Source: an uncultured Gemmatimonadales bacterium
GTDB lineage: Bacteria > Gemmatimonadota > Gemmatimonadetes > Gemmatimonadales > Gemmatimonadaceae
NCBI GenBank assembly: GCA_963701965.1
Contig: OY969695.1
Coordinates: 512,001 to 576,000 of the forward strand
Direction: 5' to 3'
DNA: 64,000 nucleotides
Part shown: piece after piece, positions 9,891 to 22,789 of the stretch
Position numbering within the stretch: the first letter of the stretch is position 1
Layout of the letters: every line of letters starts with the position of its first letter
Made by a program: the position numbers and the translations under genes
The notes under the pieces: model-generated
The model's database searches: none
What the model saw: only the letters and a program-made list of their open reading frames with translations
Told to the model about the DNA's origin: nothing

Positions 9891-11160
9891 CTAACGGAGC
9901 GCGGCCTCCACCGACGCGAGCCGCCGCTCGAGAAAGCGCCGCTCAGGCACGAGACTGGTCAGCGCCAGGGCCCGGCGGTACGCGCGCGCCGCCTCCTGCC
10001 ACCGCCCGAGACGCCGGTTGAGATCGGCCTGCGCCGACGGCAAGAGGTGGTGGGCGGCGAGCTCCCCGTCCCGCTCCAACGCCTCCAGCAGCTCGAGCCC
10101 GCGTTCCGGCCCATCGGCCATCGCCACCGCCACGGCGCGATTGAGCCCGACGACCGGCGTCGGCGTCAGGCGGTACAAGTGATCGTAGAGGGCCGCGATC
10201 TGCGGCCAGTCGGTGTCGGTGGCCCGCGCGGCGCGCGCGTGCAGCGCCGCGATGGCCGCCTGCAAGGCATAGGTGTCGGCCCGTCCCGCGCGCAACACGG
10301 CCTCGGTTCGGGCCAACCCCTCGGCGATCTCCGCGCCATCCCAGAGTGCCCGATTCTGCTCCTCCAGCAACACGATCTCGCCGTCCGATCCGATGCGCGC
10401 CGCCCGGCGGGAATCGTGCAACAGCATGAGCGCGAGCAATGCCTCGGCCTCGGTGACAGCCGGCAAGAGCTCCACGACGAGCCGCCCCAGCCTGATCGCT
10501 TCCGCGCACAGCTCCCGCCGGACCAGCGCGTCCCCGGCCGTCGCCGCGTAGCCCTCGCTGAAGACGAGATAGATGACGGCCAACACCACCGTCACGCGCT
10601 CCGGCAGCGCGTCGGCCGATGGCACGTGGTACGGGATCCCGGCCTCCCGGATCTTCGCCTTGGCCCGCACCAACCGCTGCGCCATCGTCGGCACCGGCAC
10701 GAGGAAGAGCCGCGCGATCTCCTCGGTCCCCAGCCCGCAGACCGTCCGCAGCGTGAGCGCCACCTGGGCGTCCGGCGACAGCGCGGGGTGACAGCACGTG
10801 AAGATCAATCGCAACCGGTCGTCGGCGACAGTGGCGTCGATCGGGATGGCCTGCTCGGCATCATCAGTGGGACCCTCGGCGAGCAGCGCCATGAGCTCCG
10901 GCCTCTTCTCGGCGAACCGCGCTTCCCGCCGCATTCTGATCGATGGCCCGATGCCGCCCGGCGCTCACCAACCAGGCCCGCGGATTGTTGGGCACGCCGT
11001 CGCGGGGCCACCGTTCGGCAGCCGCGGCGACGGCATCTTGCAGCGCCTCCTCGGCGAGATCGAAATCGCCGAGGAGACGGATGAGCGTCGCCAGAATGCG
11101 CCGGGACTCGTCGCGATAGATGCGCCCGAGCGCCTCCGTCGCGACGGTCGCCCGATTCAC
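9891..11160 (-). CDS. ECF sigma factor with long C-terminal TPR extension (ECF42-like); +1 frameshift at about 10934
   Basis: N-terminal [35 protein letters not shown] joins [22 protein letters not shown]-like, [10 protein letters not shown] and LNRAVAVAM in the next frame; adjacent to a DGPF/YciI gene. Confidence 0.85.
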
Positions 11161-11513
11161 ATCTTGGGCGTCGGCCACAGCGGGCGCACCTCGATGGAAC
11201 CGCCACGCGCCGAGGGCACCTTGGCCGCGACCTGCAGGGCGTCGTCCAGGTTCTGGGCCTCGATGATGTAGTAGCCGCCCAGCTGCTCGCGGGTCTCGGC
11301 AAATGGCCCGTCGGTCGACTGCACCTTGCCGTTCCGGACGCGCACCGTCGTCGCGGCCCGGACGGGATGGAGACGGCCGGAGGCGCGGTGCTGGCCCGTT
11401 TTGATGACGGCCTCGCTGAACGCCCGGTACTCCTTGACCATGCCGCCTTGCTGCTCCTCGGTCATGTTGTTCCAGTTGGCTTCGTTCTCGTAAATCATCA
11501 GCATGTATTCCAT
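11157..11513 (-). CDS. YciI/DGPF-family protein
   Basis: TDGPFAETREQLGGYYII and IEVRP motifs. Confidence 0.9.
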   Translation of the reverse strand: MEYMLMIYENEANWNNMTEEQQGGMVKEYRAFSEAVIKTGQHRASGRLHPVRAATTVRVRNGKVQSTDGPFAETREQLGGYYIIEAQNLDDALQVAAKVPSARGGSIEVRPLWPTPKM

Positions 11514-11530
11514 GATACGCTCCGTGAGAG

Positions 11531-12340
11531 TCACCCCTTAGTCGAACGGGACCCCCGGGGATCGACAGCCGTGCGTAACGGGACGAGCATCGGAGCCCCA
11601 ACGGCCGGATCCCGGGTCACGACCAGGGGCCACTCGTAGACCGCCTCCAGAACGGCCCCCTGCATGACGTCGGCGACCCCGCCCGCCGCCGCCACGCGTC
11701 CGTGGTGCAACAGAACGACGGCGTCGGCGAACCGGGCCACGAGATTGAGCTGATGGCTCACCAGGAGGACGGCGAGACCGCCCCGCGCCAGCTCGGCCAG
11801 GAGCTCAAACAGCGCCATCTCGTGGGCGACGTCCAGGAATGTGGTCGGCTCGTCGAGCACGAGGGCGTCCCCGCCCTGCGCCAGCGCCCGGGCGATCCGG
11901 AGCCGCTGCCATTCGCCGCCGGAGAGTTGATCCGTGCGCCGCGTGAGGAGCGCCGCGACGCCCGCCCGCTCGGCAGCCGCGTCGATGGCGGGGTCGTCGG
12001 CGCGGGGCCCAAGAAAGAGCCCGCCGTGCGCATAGCGTCCCAGCGCGACGTACTCGCGGCCTACCAGCGGGAACGCGGGCTCGTCGCGCTGCGTCACCAC
12101 CGCCACGCGTCGGGCCACCTCGCGGCGTGTGAGTTCCCTCACATCCGTCCCGTGCAATAGGATCGAGCCATCGGCGATGGCGACACGTCCGATGAGCGCG
12201 CGCACGAGCGTGCTCTTGCCGCTGCCATTCGGTCCCACGACGGCGGTGAGCGCGCCCCGGCCGGCGGTCAGGGTGACGCCGTCGAGCGCCGCGGTGACGG
12301 CGCCGGGATACCGCACGACGAGACGGTCGACGGCGATCAT
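11531..12340 (-). CDS. ABC transporter ATPase, cobalamin/Fe-siderophore type
   Basis: GPNGSGKST, LSGGEWQR, LDEPT and SHQLN. Confidence 0.9.
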   Translation of the reverse strand: MIAVDRLVVRYPGAVTAALDGVTLTAGRGALTAVVGPNGSGKSTLVRALIGRVAIADGSILLHGTDVRELTRREVARRVAVVTQRDEPAFPLVGREYVALGRYAHGGLFLGPRADDPAIDAAAERAGVAALLTRRTDQLSGGEWQRLRIARALAQGGDALVLDEPTTFLDVAHEMALFELLAELARGGLAVLLVSHQLNLVARFADAVVLLHHGRVAAAGGVADVMQGAVLEAVYEWPLVVTRDPAVGAPMLVPLRTAVDPRGSRSTKG

Positions 12341-13311
12341 TCCCCGCGCCGGAGCCGGGTGAGAAAGAACGGCACACCGATGAGCGCCGTGATGGCGCCC
12401 AGTGGCAAATCCGCCGGCGGCCGGAGCGCGCGCGCCGCGATGTCCGCCGCGACGACGAGCGAGGCGCCGGTGAGCGCGGAGGCAGCCAGAATCGCGCGGT
12501 GCCGGCGCGCGCCGGCGCTGCGCGCGACGTGCGGCACGACGAGCCCCACAAAGCCGACGAGACCGGCCGCCGCGACCGTGGCGGCGGCGACCAACGCCGC
12601 GGCCAGAAAGATCCGGCGACTCGCGCGGTCGACGTCGACGCCGACCGCCGCGGCGGCGTCGGGCCCCAACGCCAATGCGTCGATCTCGGGCGCCCAGATG
12701 AGCAGCAGGACGGCGCCGACGCCGAGATAGCCGGCCAACCACGCGACGCGCGGCCAATCGGCGTCGGCCACCGACCCCATCATCCACCAAATCGCCCCGC
12801 GCACGGTGTCGGGCGGGGCCGAGGCGAGCGCCACCATGATGGCGGCATTGGCGAACGCGCCCACGATCACGCCGGCCATGAGCAGCACCCGGGGGTCGCC
12901 ATGGCCGCCGCTGGCGCGGGCGATGCCCAACACCACGACGACCGCGACCACCGCGCCCAGGAGCGCGGCGACCGGCGTGGCGGCGGGGCTGGTCAGCCCG
13001 GCGGCGACGGCGACGACCGCGCCGACGGCGGCGCCGCCGGAGACGCCGAGCAGATACGGTTCGGCCAACCCATTTCTGAGGACGCCCTGCAGCGCGCCAC
13101 CGCTCATGCCCAGCGCGGCCCCGACGAGCGCGGCCAGGACGGCGCGCGGCAGTCGCACGGTGCGCACAATCTCGCGGGTCGTCGTATCCCCTCCGCCCAA
13201 GAGGGCGAGCCAGACGGCATGGAGTGGAATCGCCACCGTGCCAACGACGATCGCCAGGGCGACCAACACGACGAGCACCACGATCGCCGCCACCCAGAGC
13301 CGGCGCGTCAT
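12337..13311 (-). CDS. FecCD/BtuC-family ABC permease
   Basis: VRLPRA, RNGLAEPYLLGVSGGA, GFVGLVVPH and PLGAITALIGVPFF. Confidence 0.9.
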   Translation of the reverse strand: MTRRLWVAAIVVLVVLVALAIVVGTVAIPLHAVWLALLGGGDTTTREIVRTVRLPRAVLAALVGAALGMSGGALQGVLRNGLAEPYLLGVSGGAAVGAVVAVAAGLTSPAATPVAALLGAVVAVVVVLGIARASGGHGDPRVLLMAGVIVGAFANAAIMVALASAPPDTVRGAIWWMMGSVADADWPRVAWLAGYLGVGAVLLLIWAPEIDALALGPDAAAAVGVDVDRASRRIFLAAALVAAATVAAAGLVGFVGLVVPHVARSAGARRHRAILAASALTGASLVVAADIAARALRPPADLPLGAITALIGVPFFLTRLRRGE

Positions 13312-14174
13312 TGGACGGCGCCCGGATGGAGCAGCGCGGCCAGCGACATCGCGGCCTCGCCGAGACGCACCGAGGGATGGCCGATCAACGTCGTATCGGG
13401 CACGAGCACGCGGGCAGCGCGGAAGCGCCGATCGGCGCGATACTGGTCGGCCGCCGTCGGAGAGACGAAGATCACGGATGGGCGCCGCTCCAACACATCC
13501 TCCACCGACACGACCGGGGACGGCTGCGGCAGCGGGCCATAGACGTTCCGTGCGCCCGCGATCGAGAGCAGCTCGTCGAGGTAGCTGCCGCCGCCGACTG
13601 CCATGAGCGGCGACTGCCAGAGAACCCAGAAGACCGTGGGATGCGGGAGGGGCGCGGTGGCGGCGCGGACCCGCGCCAACGTCCGGTCGACCGAGTCCAC
13701 GACCGTCGCCGCGGCCGCCGAGTCGTCGAGCAGGCGGCCGAGGAGCGTCGCGGCTCGTCGGAAGTCGCTGATGTGATCGACCTTGAGGGAGAGCGTCGCG
13801 ATCCCTAACGCGTGCAGGCGCTGCGCGACCGGGTGATTGTCGGCGCTGGCGTAGAGGAGCACCAGGTCCGGGTGCGCCGAAAGGATCGTCTCGACATTGG
13901 GCCGGAGACCGTCGCCGAGATCGGGGACGGCCCGCGCGGCATCCGGATACGTATCCCATCGGGTACGGCCCACCACGCGGGCACCGGCGCCCATCGTGAA
14001 CAGCAGCTCGGTGGTCGTCGGGTTGAGCGACACAATGCGGGCGAACCGCCCTGCGGCCGGGACCGCGTCGCCAAAATCGTCGACCGCGCCGGCTCGGCCC
14101 GACGACTTGGCGCCGGCGCACGCGGTCGTTGCGGCAAGCACCGCGGCGAGCAGGAGGGTCGGGCGGCGCAGCAC
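13308..14174 (-). CDS. Periplasmic binding lipoprotein, BtuF-like (helical-backbone metal receptor)
   Basis: Lipobox TTAC, DDFG, RIVSLNPTTTELL..G..VVGR, ETILSAHPDLVL and VSVEDV. GTG start inferred. Confidence 0.8.
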   Translation of the reverse strand: MLRRPTLLLAAVLAATTACAGAKSSGRAGAVDDFGDAVPAAGRFARIVSLNPTTTELLFTMGAGARVVGRTRWDTYPDAARAVPDLGDGLRPNVETILSAHPDLVLLYASADNHPVAQRLHALGIATLSLKVDHISDFRRAATLLGRLLDDSAAAATVVDSVDRTLARVRAATAPLPHPTVFWVLWQSPLMAVGGGSYLDELLSIAGARNVYGPLPQPSPVVSVEDVLERRPSVIFVSPTAADQYRADRRFRAARVLVPDTTLIGHPSVRLGEAAMSLAALLHPGAVQ

Positions 14175-14182
14175 CGCGCGCG

Positions 14183-15310
14183 CTATGGCGCCGGCGCGCG
14201 AACGGGCAACATCGCGGTCAGCCGGGATTTGAGGGCGTCCCGCTCCGCGGCGTATGCGGCGCGCTCCTCCTCCGACGGGTTCACCTTCCCCGCGAACGCG
14301 TTGTCGAGCGCCACAATGGCGCCAGCGAGGCGCTCGGTCTCCGACGGCATCACGGCGGCGCCGGCCGCCGTGGCCAGGACCGGCCGCCGGGTGAAGGCGA
14401 GGGCGAGACCCACGAGCATCGCCGCGCCGAGACCGGCAATGAGCATGGCGATGACCAGCGGATGCGGATCCTGGGCCGCCGCCGGCACATCGACATCGAG
14501 CAAGGCGCTGGCCGGGGCGTTCTGCGCGAGAAACCTCCGGAACGTCCGGCCTTCGACGGCCACGGGATTGGTCTCGTGGAGCCCGGGCGCGCGCACCGTG
14601 ACGGCGGGCTCCTCGACGAGCACCTCGAGGACGGATGCCGCCGCGCCGAGGGGCAGGCGCAGCGGAAACGACGTCGGCGGGAGACCGTAGGAGACCGAAA
14701 ACTGTTTCACGCCGGGCGCGAACGGCGCGAACACGTCGGCCCGATGGTGGACCAGTGCGACGGCGTCGGCCGGTACGTCCCCCTGCCCGACGCGAAATCG
14801 CGTCACTTCGTCGGGGACGATCGTGGACCAGGTCGGCCGTTCCGCTTTCGCGCCTCCCGCGATCAAGGTCAACGACGTGTCGTTCGAGATCTCGAAGACC
14901 TCGACGATCGTGCGGAGCTGATCGGCGCCTGGCGCGGCGACAATGAGATGCCGGCCGCGCACGGAGAGCGGCAGCGGTCGCGACGTCGTGTCGAACACGG
15001 TGATCGCCGCGTCGTCGCCCGTCTCGTTGGCGGTGCGCAACGGCTGACTGAAGTAGGCGATCCCATCGTGTGATGACGACACGAAGTAGATCGCTTGGGC
15101 GCTCCCCACCCGGCGATACCGGAACGCATAGTGGCCGTCGGCGTTGGTCCGCATCGAATCGAGCGGCCCGGCGCTGTCCGGGCCGACGCAATGCAGGGTC
15201 ACCCAGGCGCTGGCGACGGGGCGAAATTCCTTGCCGACCTGCCGCATGACCCGGCCGTCGACATGGTTGACGATCTGAAGGAGAAGAAAGCCGAGCACGA
15301 CGGCGTTCAA
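14183..15310 (-). CDS. Hypothetical membrane-anchored protein (N-terminal beta-sandwich, one TM helix, short helical C-tail)
   Basis: 375-aa ORF overlapping the upstream stop; signal-like N-terminus, RTNADGHYAF, TM near residue 285-305 and tail LDNAF..EEERAAYAAERDALK. Confidence 0.65.
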   Translation of the reverse strand: MNAVVLGFLLLQIVNHVDGRVMRQVGKEFRPVASAWVTLHCVGPDSAGPLDSMRTNADGHYAFRYRRVGSAQAIYFVSSSHDGIAYFSQPLRTANETGDDAAITVFDTTSRPLPLSVRGRHLIVAAPGADQLRTIVEVFEISNDTSLTLIAGGAKAERPTWSTIVPDEVTRFRVGQGDVPADAVALVHHRADVFAPFAPGVKQFSVSYGLPPTSFPLRLPLGAAASVLEVLVEEPAVTVRAPGLHETNPVAVEGRTFRRFLAQNAPASALLDVDVPAAAQDPHPLVIAMLIAGLGAAMLVGLALAFTRRPVLATAAGAAVMPSETERLAGAIVALDNAFAGKVNPSEEERAAYAAERDALKSRLTAMLPVRAPAP

Positions 15311-15828
15311 ATATTGAACTTGCCGAGATCCTCGGGCCGGAGGTTCTCCAACCGCTCCTTGAGCTGTTCCGCCGTCATCTTGAGCTCATCGAGTCGCGCC
15401 TGCGACTCGGCCGCCGGGACCGACTCGTCGCCGTCTTCCTCGACGACGGCCGTCAGGAGCGATTCCTGGGCGAAGATGGGTGCCGAAAGGCGCAGCGCGA
15501 TGGCAATGCTGTCCGACGGCCGGGCATCGATCTGTACCAGCCCTTCGGGCCGCGCGACGTGCAACTCGGCGAAATAGGTGTTCTTCTGGACTTTCGTGAT
15601 CTGCACGCGCCGCAGGGTGCCGCCCAGGCCCACGATCAGATTCTTGCACAGATCGTGGGTCAACGGCCGCTCCCGGCGCACGTTCTTCATCTCCATGACG
15701 ATCGAATCAGCCTCCGGCTGCCCGATCCAGATCGGGAGCAGCCGGTGCCCGTCTTTTTCCTGAAGAATGACGACGTGGCTGTTCGTGGAACTGTCGAGTC
15801 CGAGCTTGGCGACGATGACCTCGACCAT
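15307..15828 (-). CDS. Bifunctional nuclease family protein (DUF151)
   Basis: LPIWIGQPEA, RPLTHDL and IDARPSDSIAIALR. Confidence 0.9.
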   Translation of the reverse strand: MVEVIVAKLGLDSSTNSHVVILQEKDGHRLLPIWIGQPEADSIVMEMKNVRRERPLTHDLCKNLIVGLGGTLRRVQITKVQKNTYFAELHVARPEGLVQIDARPSDSIAIALRLSAPIFAQESLLTAVVEEDGDESVPAAESQARLDELKMTAEQLKERLENLRPEDLGKFNI

Positions 15829-15855
15829 GTGCCCCTTCCCTCCTGCTGCTTCCCG

Positions 15856-18380
<2,525 letters not shown>

Positions 18381-18397
18381 CTTGGGATTTTACGCCC

Positions 18398-20176
18398 CTA
18401 CGCGGACCCCGGCAACCCGTTGTTGGTGTGTAGAAACGGATCGCCCGCGAGTGCGGCCAGCAGGCGGCGGCGCAAGCCACGTTCCGACGCCGACGCGGTG
18501 GACGCCGCGAGTGCCTCTTTCGCGGCCGCAGTGGCCGCATCGGCGTCAATGCCGCGGATGAGCCGCTTGACCAAAGCCACGGCGCGCGGCGCGACGCTCA
18601 GCTGGCGTAGCCCGAGGCCGATCAGCGCGAAGGCCATCAACGGCTCCGACGCCATCTCACCGCACACGCCGACTTCCAGTCCGTGGCTGTCTCCCACTTC
18701 GGCAATGCGCTGGATGAGGCGCAGGACGGCCGGATGCAAGGGCGTGAACCGCGACGCCATATTGGCGTTTCCGCGATCCACGGCCAGCGTGTACTGCACC
18801 AGGTCGTTGGTCCCAATGCTGAAAAACGTCACGTCGTGCGCGAAGGTGTCGGCGGCGACGGCCGCCGCCGGCGTTTCCATCATGACGCCCAGCGGGACGA
18901 CTTCGCGGTACGGAACGCCGCGGCGGGCCAACTCCTCGCCGGCCTCGGCGATCAACGTGCGCGCTTGCCGCACTTCGTCCAGCGTCACGACCATGGGCAG
19001 CATGATGCGCACGTCGCCGTGCAGGGCCGCCCGCAGCACGGCGCGCAACTGCGTCTTGAACAACTCCGGCTCGTCGAGGCACATGCGAATGGCCCGCCAC
19101 CCGAGGAACGGGTTGGCCTCGAGCGGATAGTTGCCCGCGGGCAGTTTGTCGCCGCCGACATCGAAGGTGCGAATGATGACCGGCCGCCCCTCGAATGCGG
19201 CGACGACGCGGGCATAGGCGCGATACTGCTCCTCTTCGTCCGGCATCACGGCGCGGCCGATCACGAGAAACTCCGTGCGCATGAGCCCGACACCTTCCGC
19301 GCCGCTGTTGGCGGCCAGGTCGGCTTCTTCGGGCAGATCGACGTTCGCCAGCACCGTGATCCGCACGCCATCCTTCGTGACCGGCACCGCGGTGGCGAAA
19401 TGGCGCAACTCGGCCTGGCGCTCCACCTCGCGCCGGGCCCGCGCGCGATAGGCGTCGACCTCGGTCTCCGTGGGATTCACCACCAACGTGCCGGTGAAGC
19501 CGTCCAACACGACGCGTTCGTCGCCCGAGAGACGCGTCGTCGCGTCGCGCAATCCGAGCACGGCCGGGAGGCCCAACGAGCGCGCCAGAATGGCGACGTG
19601 CAATGTCGCCGTGCCGCCGTCGGTCGCGATCCCCACAATGGCTTCGCGATCCAGTTGGACCGTCAGGCTGGGCGTGAGATCGTGCGTGAGCAGGATCGCG
19701 TTGGCGCCCTTGGGGACGTCGACCGGGTCGTGGTCGGGCAACCCGAGCAACGCCGTCAACACGCGAATGTGCACGTCGGTGAGATCGGACACCCGCTCCC
19801 GCAGAAAAGGCTGCGCGTGTCGCGCGAAGTGCTGCCGGTGCTCCAGCATCACCAGGTCGAACGCCTTTTCCGCGCCGTAATTGCGCTGAATGACCGACTC
19901 GACTTCCTGGACCAGCGTCTCATCTTCCAGGATCATGAGCTGCGCGTCGAAGATGCGCGCTTCTTCGGGCCCCGCGTGCGCTTCGGCCCGCGCCCGGACG
20001 AGCCGCAGGCGCTCCTTGGCCCGCGCGAACGCCCCGTGCAGACGGGCGATCTCGGCCGGCACCACGTCATCGGCGATGATGCGGTACTCGACCTCCGGGA
20101 CCTCCCACCGCAGGAGATACACGGGACCGACGACGATCCCGGGCGACGCGGGGAGTCCGGCGATCGTGTGCTCCAT
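18398..20176 (-). CDS. ptsI: PEP-protein phosphotransferase (PTS Enzyme I)
   Basis: ASPGI, GGTAT(L)HVAILARS phospho-His motif, GVGLMRTEF, EANPFLGWRAIR, SIGTNDLVQY and CGEMA. Confidence 0.95.
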   Translation of the reverse strand: MEHTIAGLPASPGIVVGPVYLLRWEVPEVEYRIIADDVVPAEIARLHGAFARAKERLRLVRARAEAHAGPEEARIFDAQLMILEDETLVQEVESVIQRNYGAEKAFDLVMLEHRQHFARHAQPFLRERVSDLTDVHIRVLTALLGLPDHDPVDVPKGANAILLTHDLTPSLTVQLDREAIVGIATDGGTATLHVAILARSLGLPAVLGLRDATTRLSGDERVVLDGFTGTLVVNPTETEVDAYRARARREVERQAELRHFATAVPVTKDGVRITVLANVDLPEEADLAANSGAEGVGLMRTEFLVIGRAVMPDEEEQYRAYARVVAAFEGRPVIIRTFDVGGDKLPAGNYPLEANPFLGWRAIRMCLDEPELFKTQLRAVLRAALHGDVRIMLPMVVTLDEVRQARTLIAEAGEELARRGVPYREVVPLGVMMETPAAAVAADTFAHDVTFFSIGTNDLVQYTLAVDRGNANMASRFTPLHPAVLRLIQRIAEVGDSHGLEVGVCGEMASEPLMAFALIGLGLRQLSVAPRAVALVKRLIRGIDADAATAAAKEALAASTASASERGLRRRLLAALAGDPFLHTNNGLPGSA

Positions 20177-20443
20177 TCAGGCTTCGCCGAACTTGGCCGT
20201 GATCAGCTTCGCAATGGCGTCGACCGCCGCGCTCTCATCGGGACCGGAGGCGCGGAGAATGATGGTCGCTCCGCACTCGGCGGCCAACATCATGACTCCC
20301 ATGATGCTTTTGCCGTTCACCTCCAACTCATCGCGCACGATGATGATATCGCTGGTGAACTTCGAGGCGGTCTTCACGATCTCGGCGGCCGGCCGGGCGT
20401 GAAGTCCGTTCTTGTTGACGATCCGCACGCTCCGCTCAGCCAT
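20177..20443 (-). CDS. ptsH: Phosphocarrier protein HPr
   Basis: GLHARPAA (His15) and NGKSIMGVM (Ser46). Confidence 0.95.
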   Translation of the reverse strand: MAERSVRIVNKNGLHARPAAEIVKTASKFTSDIIIVRDELEVNGKSIMGVMMLAAECGATIILRASGPDESAAVDAIAKLITAKFGEA

Positions 20444-21221
20444 GCCAGAATACCGCGTAAAGGACGAATGCCGCCAGGACTCCCAGTGCGATACGCCACC
20501 CATCGACGCGGCCGTGCATGCGAATCAGCACGACCCCGCCCAGAACGGTTCCGATGACGACACCCACATACAGCATGGTCGATCCTGGCGCTGGACCGTG
20601 CCGCACCACTCGGGCCAGCGCCGCCGGAATCGCCGCGCCGGCGAGGAGCGCGCCCGCCCGCGCGACATACTCCGGCCCCCGCCGGAACACCGGGCCGGCC
20701 AACGCCTTGGCCACGTGCATGCCCCGGTCGAGTCCCGTGGTCAGCCCCCACGCGCGAAGCGCCAGGTGCCCGGCGTTGTACATCCCGAGGAACACGACCA
20801 CCACGACCCACGCCGGAGCGCCGATGCCAAAGATCACCAGCGCCAGCAACGAGCACACGGGGAGCCACCCGGCCCAGATCAGCCGGTCGCCGACGCTTCC
20901 CAGCGGTCCGCACAGGGCCGTGCGGAATCGCTCGATTTTCGGTCCGGGCACACCGTCGAGCTCCGCCCGCACGAGCGAGCCGACCGCGAGGGACGCCAGA
21001 TAGGGGTGCGCGTTAAAATATCCCGCCTCCCGGGCCAGCGCCTCCCGGTACGCGGGCCCGCCACGGCCGCCCGGCAGCCGCCTGAGGGCGGGCTCGGCGC
21101 AGAACGCAATGCCCGTCCCCATCAAGCTCTCGTAGTTCCACGAGCCCTGAATCGCCAGCAACCGCAGGAACATCGCGCCGCGCGTGGAGGCCGGCACCGG
21201 CACCGGCAGGGGCTCGCTCAT
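20436..21221 (-). CDS. PTS mannose/fructose/sorbose family IID
   Basis: QGSWNYESLMG, FNAHPY and GPLGSVGD. Confidence 0.9.
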   Translation of the reverse strand: MSEPLPVPVPASTRGAMFLRLLAIQGSWNYESLMGTGIAFCAEPALRRLPGGRGGPAYREALAREAGYFNAHPYLASLAVGSLVRAELDGVPGPKIERFRTALCGPLGSVGDRLIWAGWLPVCSLLALVIFGIGAPAWVVVVVFLGMYNAGHLALRAWGLTTGLDRGMHVAKALAGPVFRRGPEYVARAGALLAGAAIPAALARVVRHGPAPGSTMLYVGVVIGTVLGGVVLIRMHGRVDGWRIALGVLAAFVLYAVFWHG

Positions 21222-21916
21222 CGCCCCGCCGCCAGCACGGCGCCAATCGCGACGCCGACCACGAAGAACCACGTCGCGAAGCGCGTGGTGTGGAACACTT
21301 TCCAGGCCGCCGCCACCGCGACCGTCGCCGAGACGCCGACGACCACCGCGCGCGACTCGGCCGGCGCGACGCGCCACGCGCCGACCGCGCGGTCGACAAT
21401 GGGCGTCAACACGAGGAGCGCGACGGCCGTAATCAGGGCGCCGCGCGCCAGATCCGCGCAGAGGCCGCGGAGCTGGAGCCCGACGACCGTCTCGGCCGAC
21501 CCGCCGTCCAGCCGCGCGCGCGCCGCGCGCGCCCAGATGGCGTTCAACCGCCGCAGCTGCACCATCGTCCAACCGCCGGCCCACGAGGTGGCCAGGGTCG
21601 CGACGACGGCCAGGACCATAGCGCTCGACGTCGCCGCGGGCACGGTGGCGGCCGCCGGCGCGCCCGCGAGCAGCGCGCCGCCGACCACCGAGGCCGAACC
21701 CCACTCGGGGTAGCGCGAGGCCCCGAACGGCAGCATCTCGAGGGCGATCAGCTCCAACGTCGCGCCCAGGGCCAGCCCCAGACCGGCGTGTCCGCCGATC
21801 GCGCCGCTCGCCGTGGCCGCCACGATCGGCCGCGAGATCATGGCCTGCGGAAAACCCACCACGTCCAGACCGACCACGCCACCGAGCAAGACGAACGGAA
21901 TCAGGTCGACGATCAC
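21218..21916 (-). CDS. PTS mannose/fructose/sorbose family IIC
   Basis: PQAMISRPIV and GATLELIAL..LPFG; hydrophobic; lies between IIB and IID. Confidence 0.85.
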   Translation of the reverse strand: MIVDLIPFVLLGGVVGLDVVGFPQAMISRPIVAATASGAIGGHAGLGLALGATLELIALEMLPFGASRYPEWGSASVVGGALLAGAPAAATVPAATSSAMVLAVVATLATSWAGGWTMVQLRRLNAIWARAARARLDGGSAETVVGLQLRGLCADLARGALITAVALLVLTPIVDRAVGAWRVAPAESRAVVVGVSATVAVAAAWKVFHTTRFATWFFVVGVAIGAVLAAGR

Positions 21917-22407
21917 CGGCCGGCGACTCCGTGCGCCGCCAGCACCTCCTCGAGGGGCACGGGCCGCGTCGCCGGCACATCTTGCGCGCTGATCGCGATC
22001 CCGCACGCCGCCAGGGCGCGGAGCGCCGCGGCCTCGGAGTCCTCCAGAAAGACGTAGCGGAGCTTGGGCGCGCGTCCCGGTCGATGATGAATGCCACCGA
22101 GGGTGATGGACCGGATGGGCACCTGCTTGGCCAGGCGCTGCATGGTCTCGATATCGCTGGTCAGCACAATCCCCGCCCGGGCATTGCCGCTGAAGCGCCC
22201 GAAGTCGGCGGCCACGGAGTCGACGCTCTCGAAGTACACGTCCATCTCCGGCGGCACCCCCATGCGATACAGCTCCTGCTCCCAGTCACTGTCGGCGATC
22301 TCGTCGTCGACCAACACGATGAAACCCAGATTGAGCGGCTGGCCCCAGCCGACGACGACCTGGCCGTGAATGCGGCGGTCGTCGATGCGAAATAGCTCAA
22401 CGGGCAC
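21913..22407 (-). CDS. PTS mannose/sorbose family IIB
   Basis: RIDDRRIHGQVVVGW (consensus RIDDRLIHGQV). Confidence 0.9.
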   Translation of the reverse strand: MPVELFRIDDRRIHGQVVVGWGQPLNLGFIVLVDDEIADSDWEQELYRMGVPPEMDVYFESVDSVAADFGRFSGNARAGIVLTSDIETMQRLAKQVPIRSITLGGIHHRPGRAPKLRYVFLEDSEAAALRALAACGIAISAQDVPATRPVPLEEVLAAHGVAGR

Positions 22408-22789
22408 CGACCGCTCCGACCACGGCGAGGGCGCCGTGCCCCTTCTCCACGGCGTGGCGCGCGGCCTCCGCCGCCGCGACGTCGCCTTGAAACGCGAAGT
22501 CGAGCAAGACCGGCAAGCTGATCGCGGTCACGACCACGAGCGTGGGCCGATCGCGCTGCACGCGGCGGGCGGCGACCGTGGCACTCCCCGCGGGCAGGTC
22601 GGTGAACACCACCCCCGCGCCGGTGCGCTCGATGACCTCGCCGATGAGGCGCGCGATGTCATCGACGCCGAGATCCCGGTTGGTGAGCGCGATGAAGACG
22701 TCGCCGCGCCCGGTGATCTGATCGACGGCCGAGATCATGCCGGCGGCGAAGTCTCCGTGCCCCGCGACAATGGCGCGCGGATTACTCAT
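22397..22789 (-). CDS. PTS mannose/fructose family IIA
   Basis: AIVAGHGDFAAG, TDLPAGS and LPVLLD. Confidence 0.85.
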   Translation of the reverse strand: MSNPRAIVAGHGDFAAGMISAVDQITGRGDVFIALTNRDLGVDDIARLIGEVIERTGAGVVFTDLPAGSATVAARRVQRDRPTLVVVTAISLPVLLDFAFQGDVAAAEAARHAVEKGHGALAVVGAVGAR

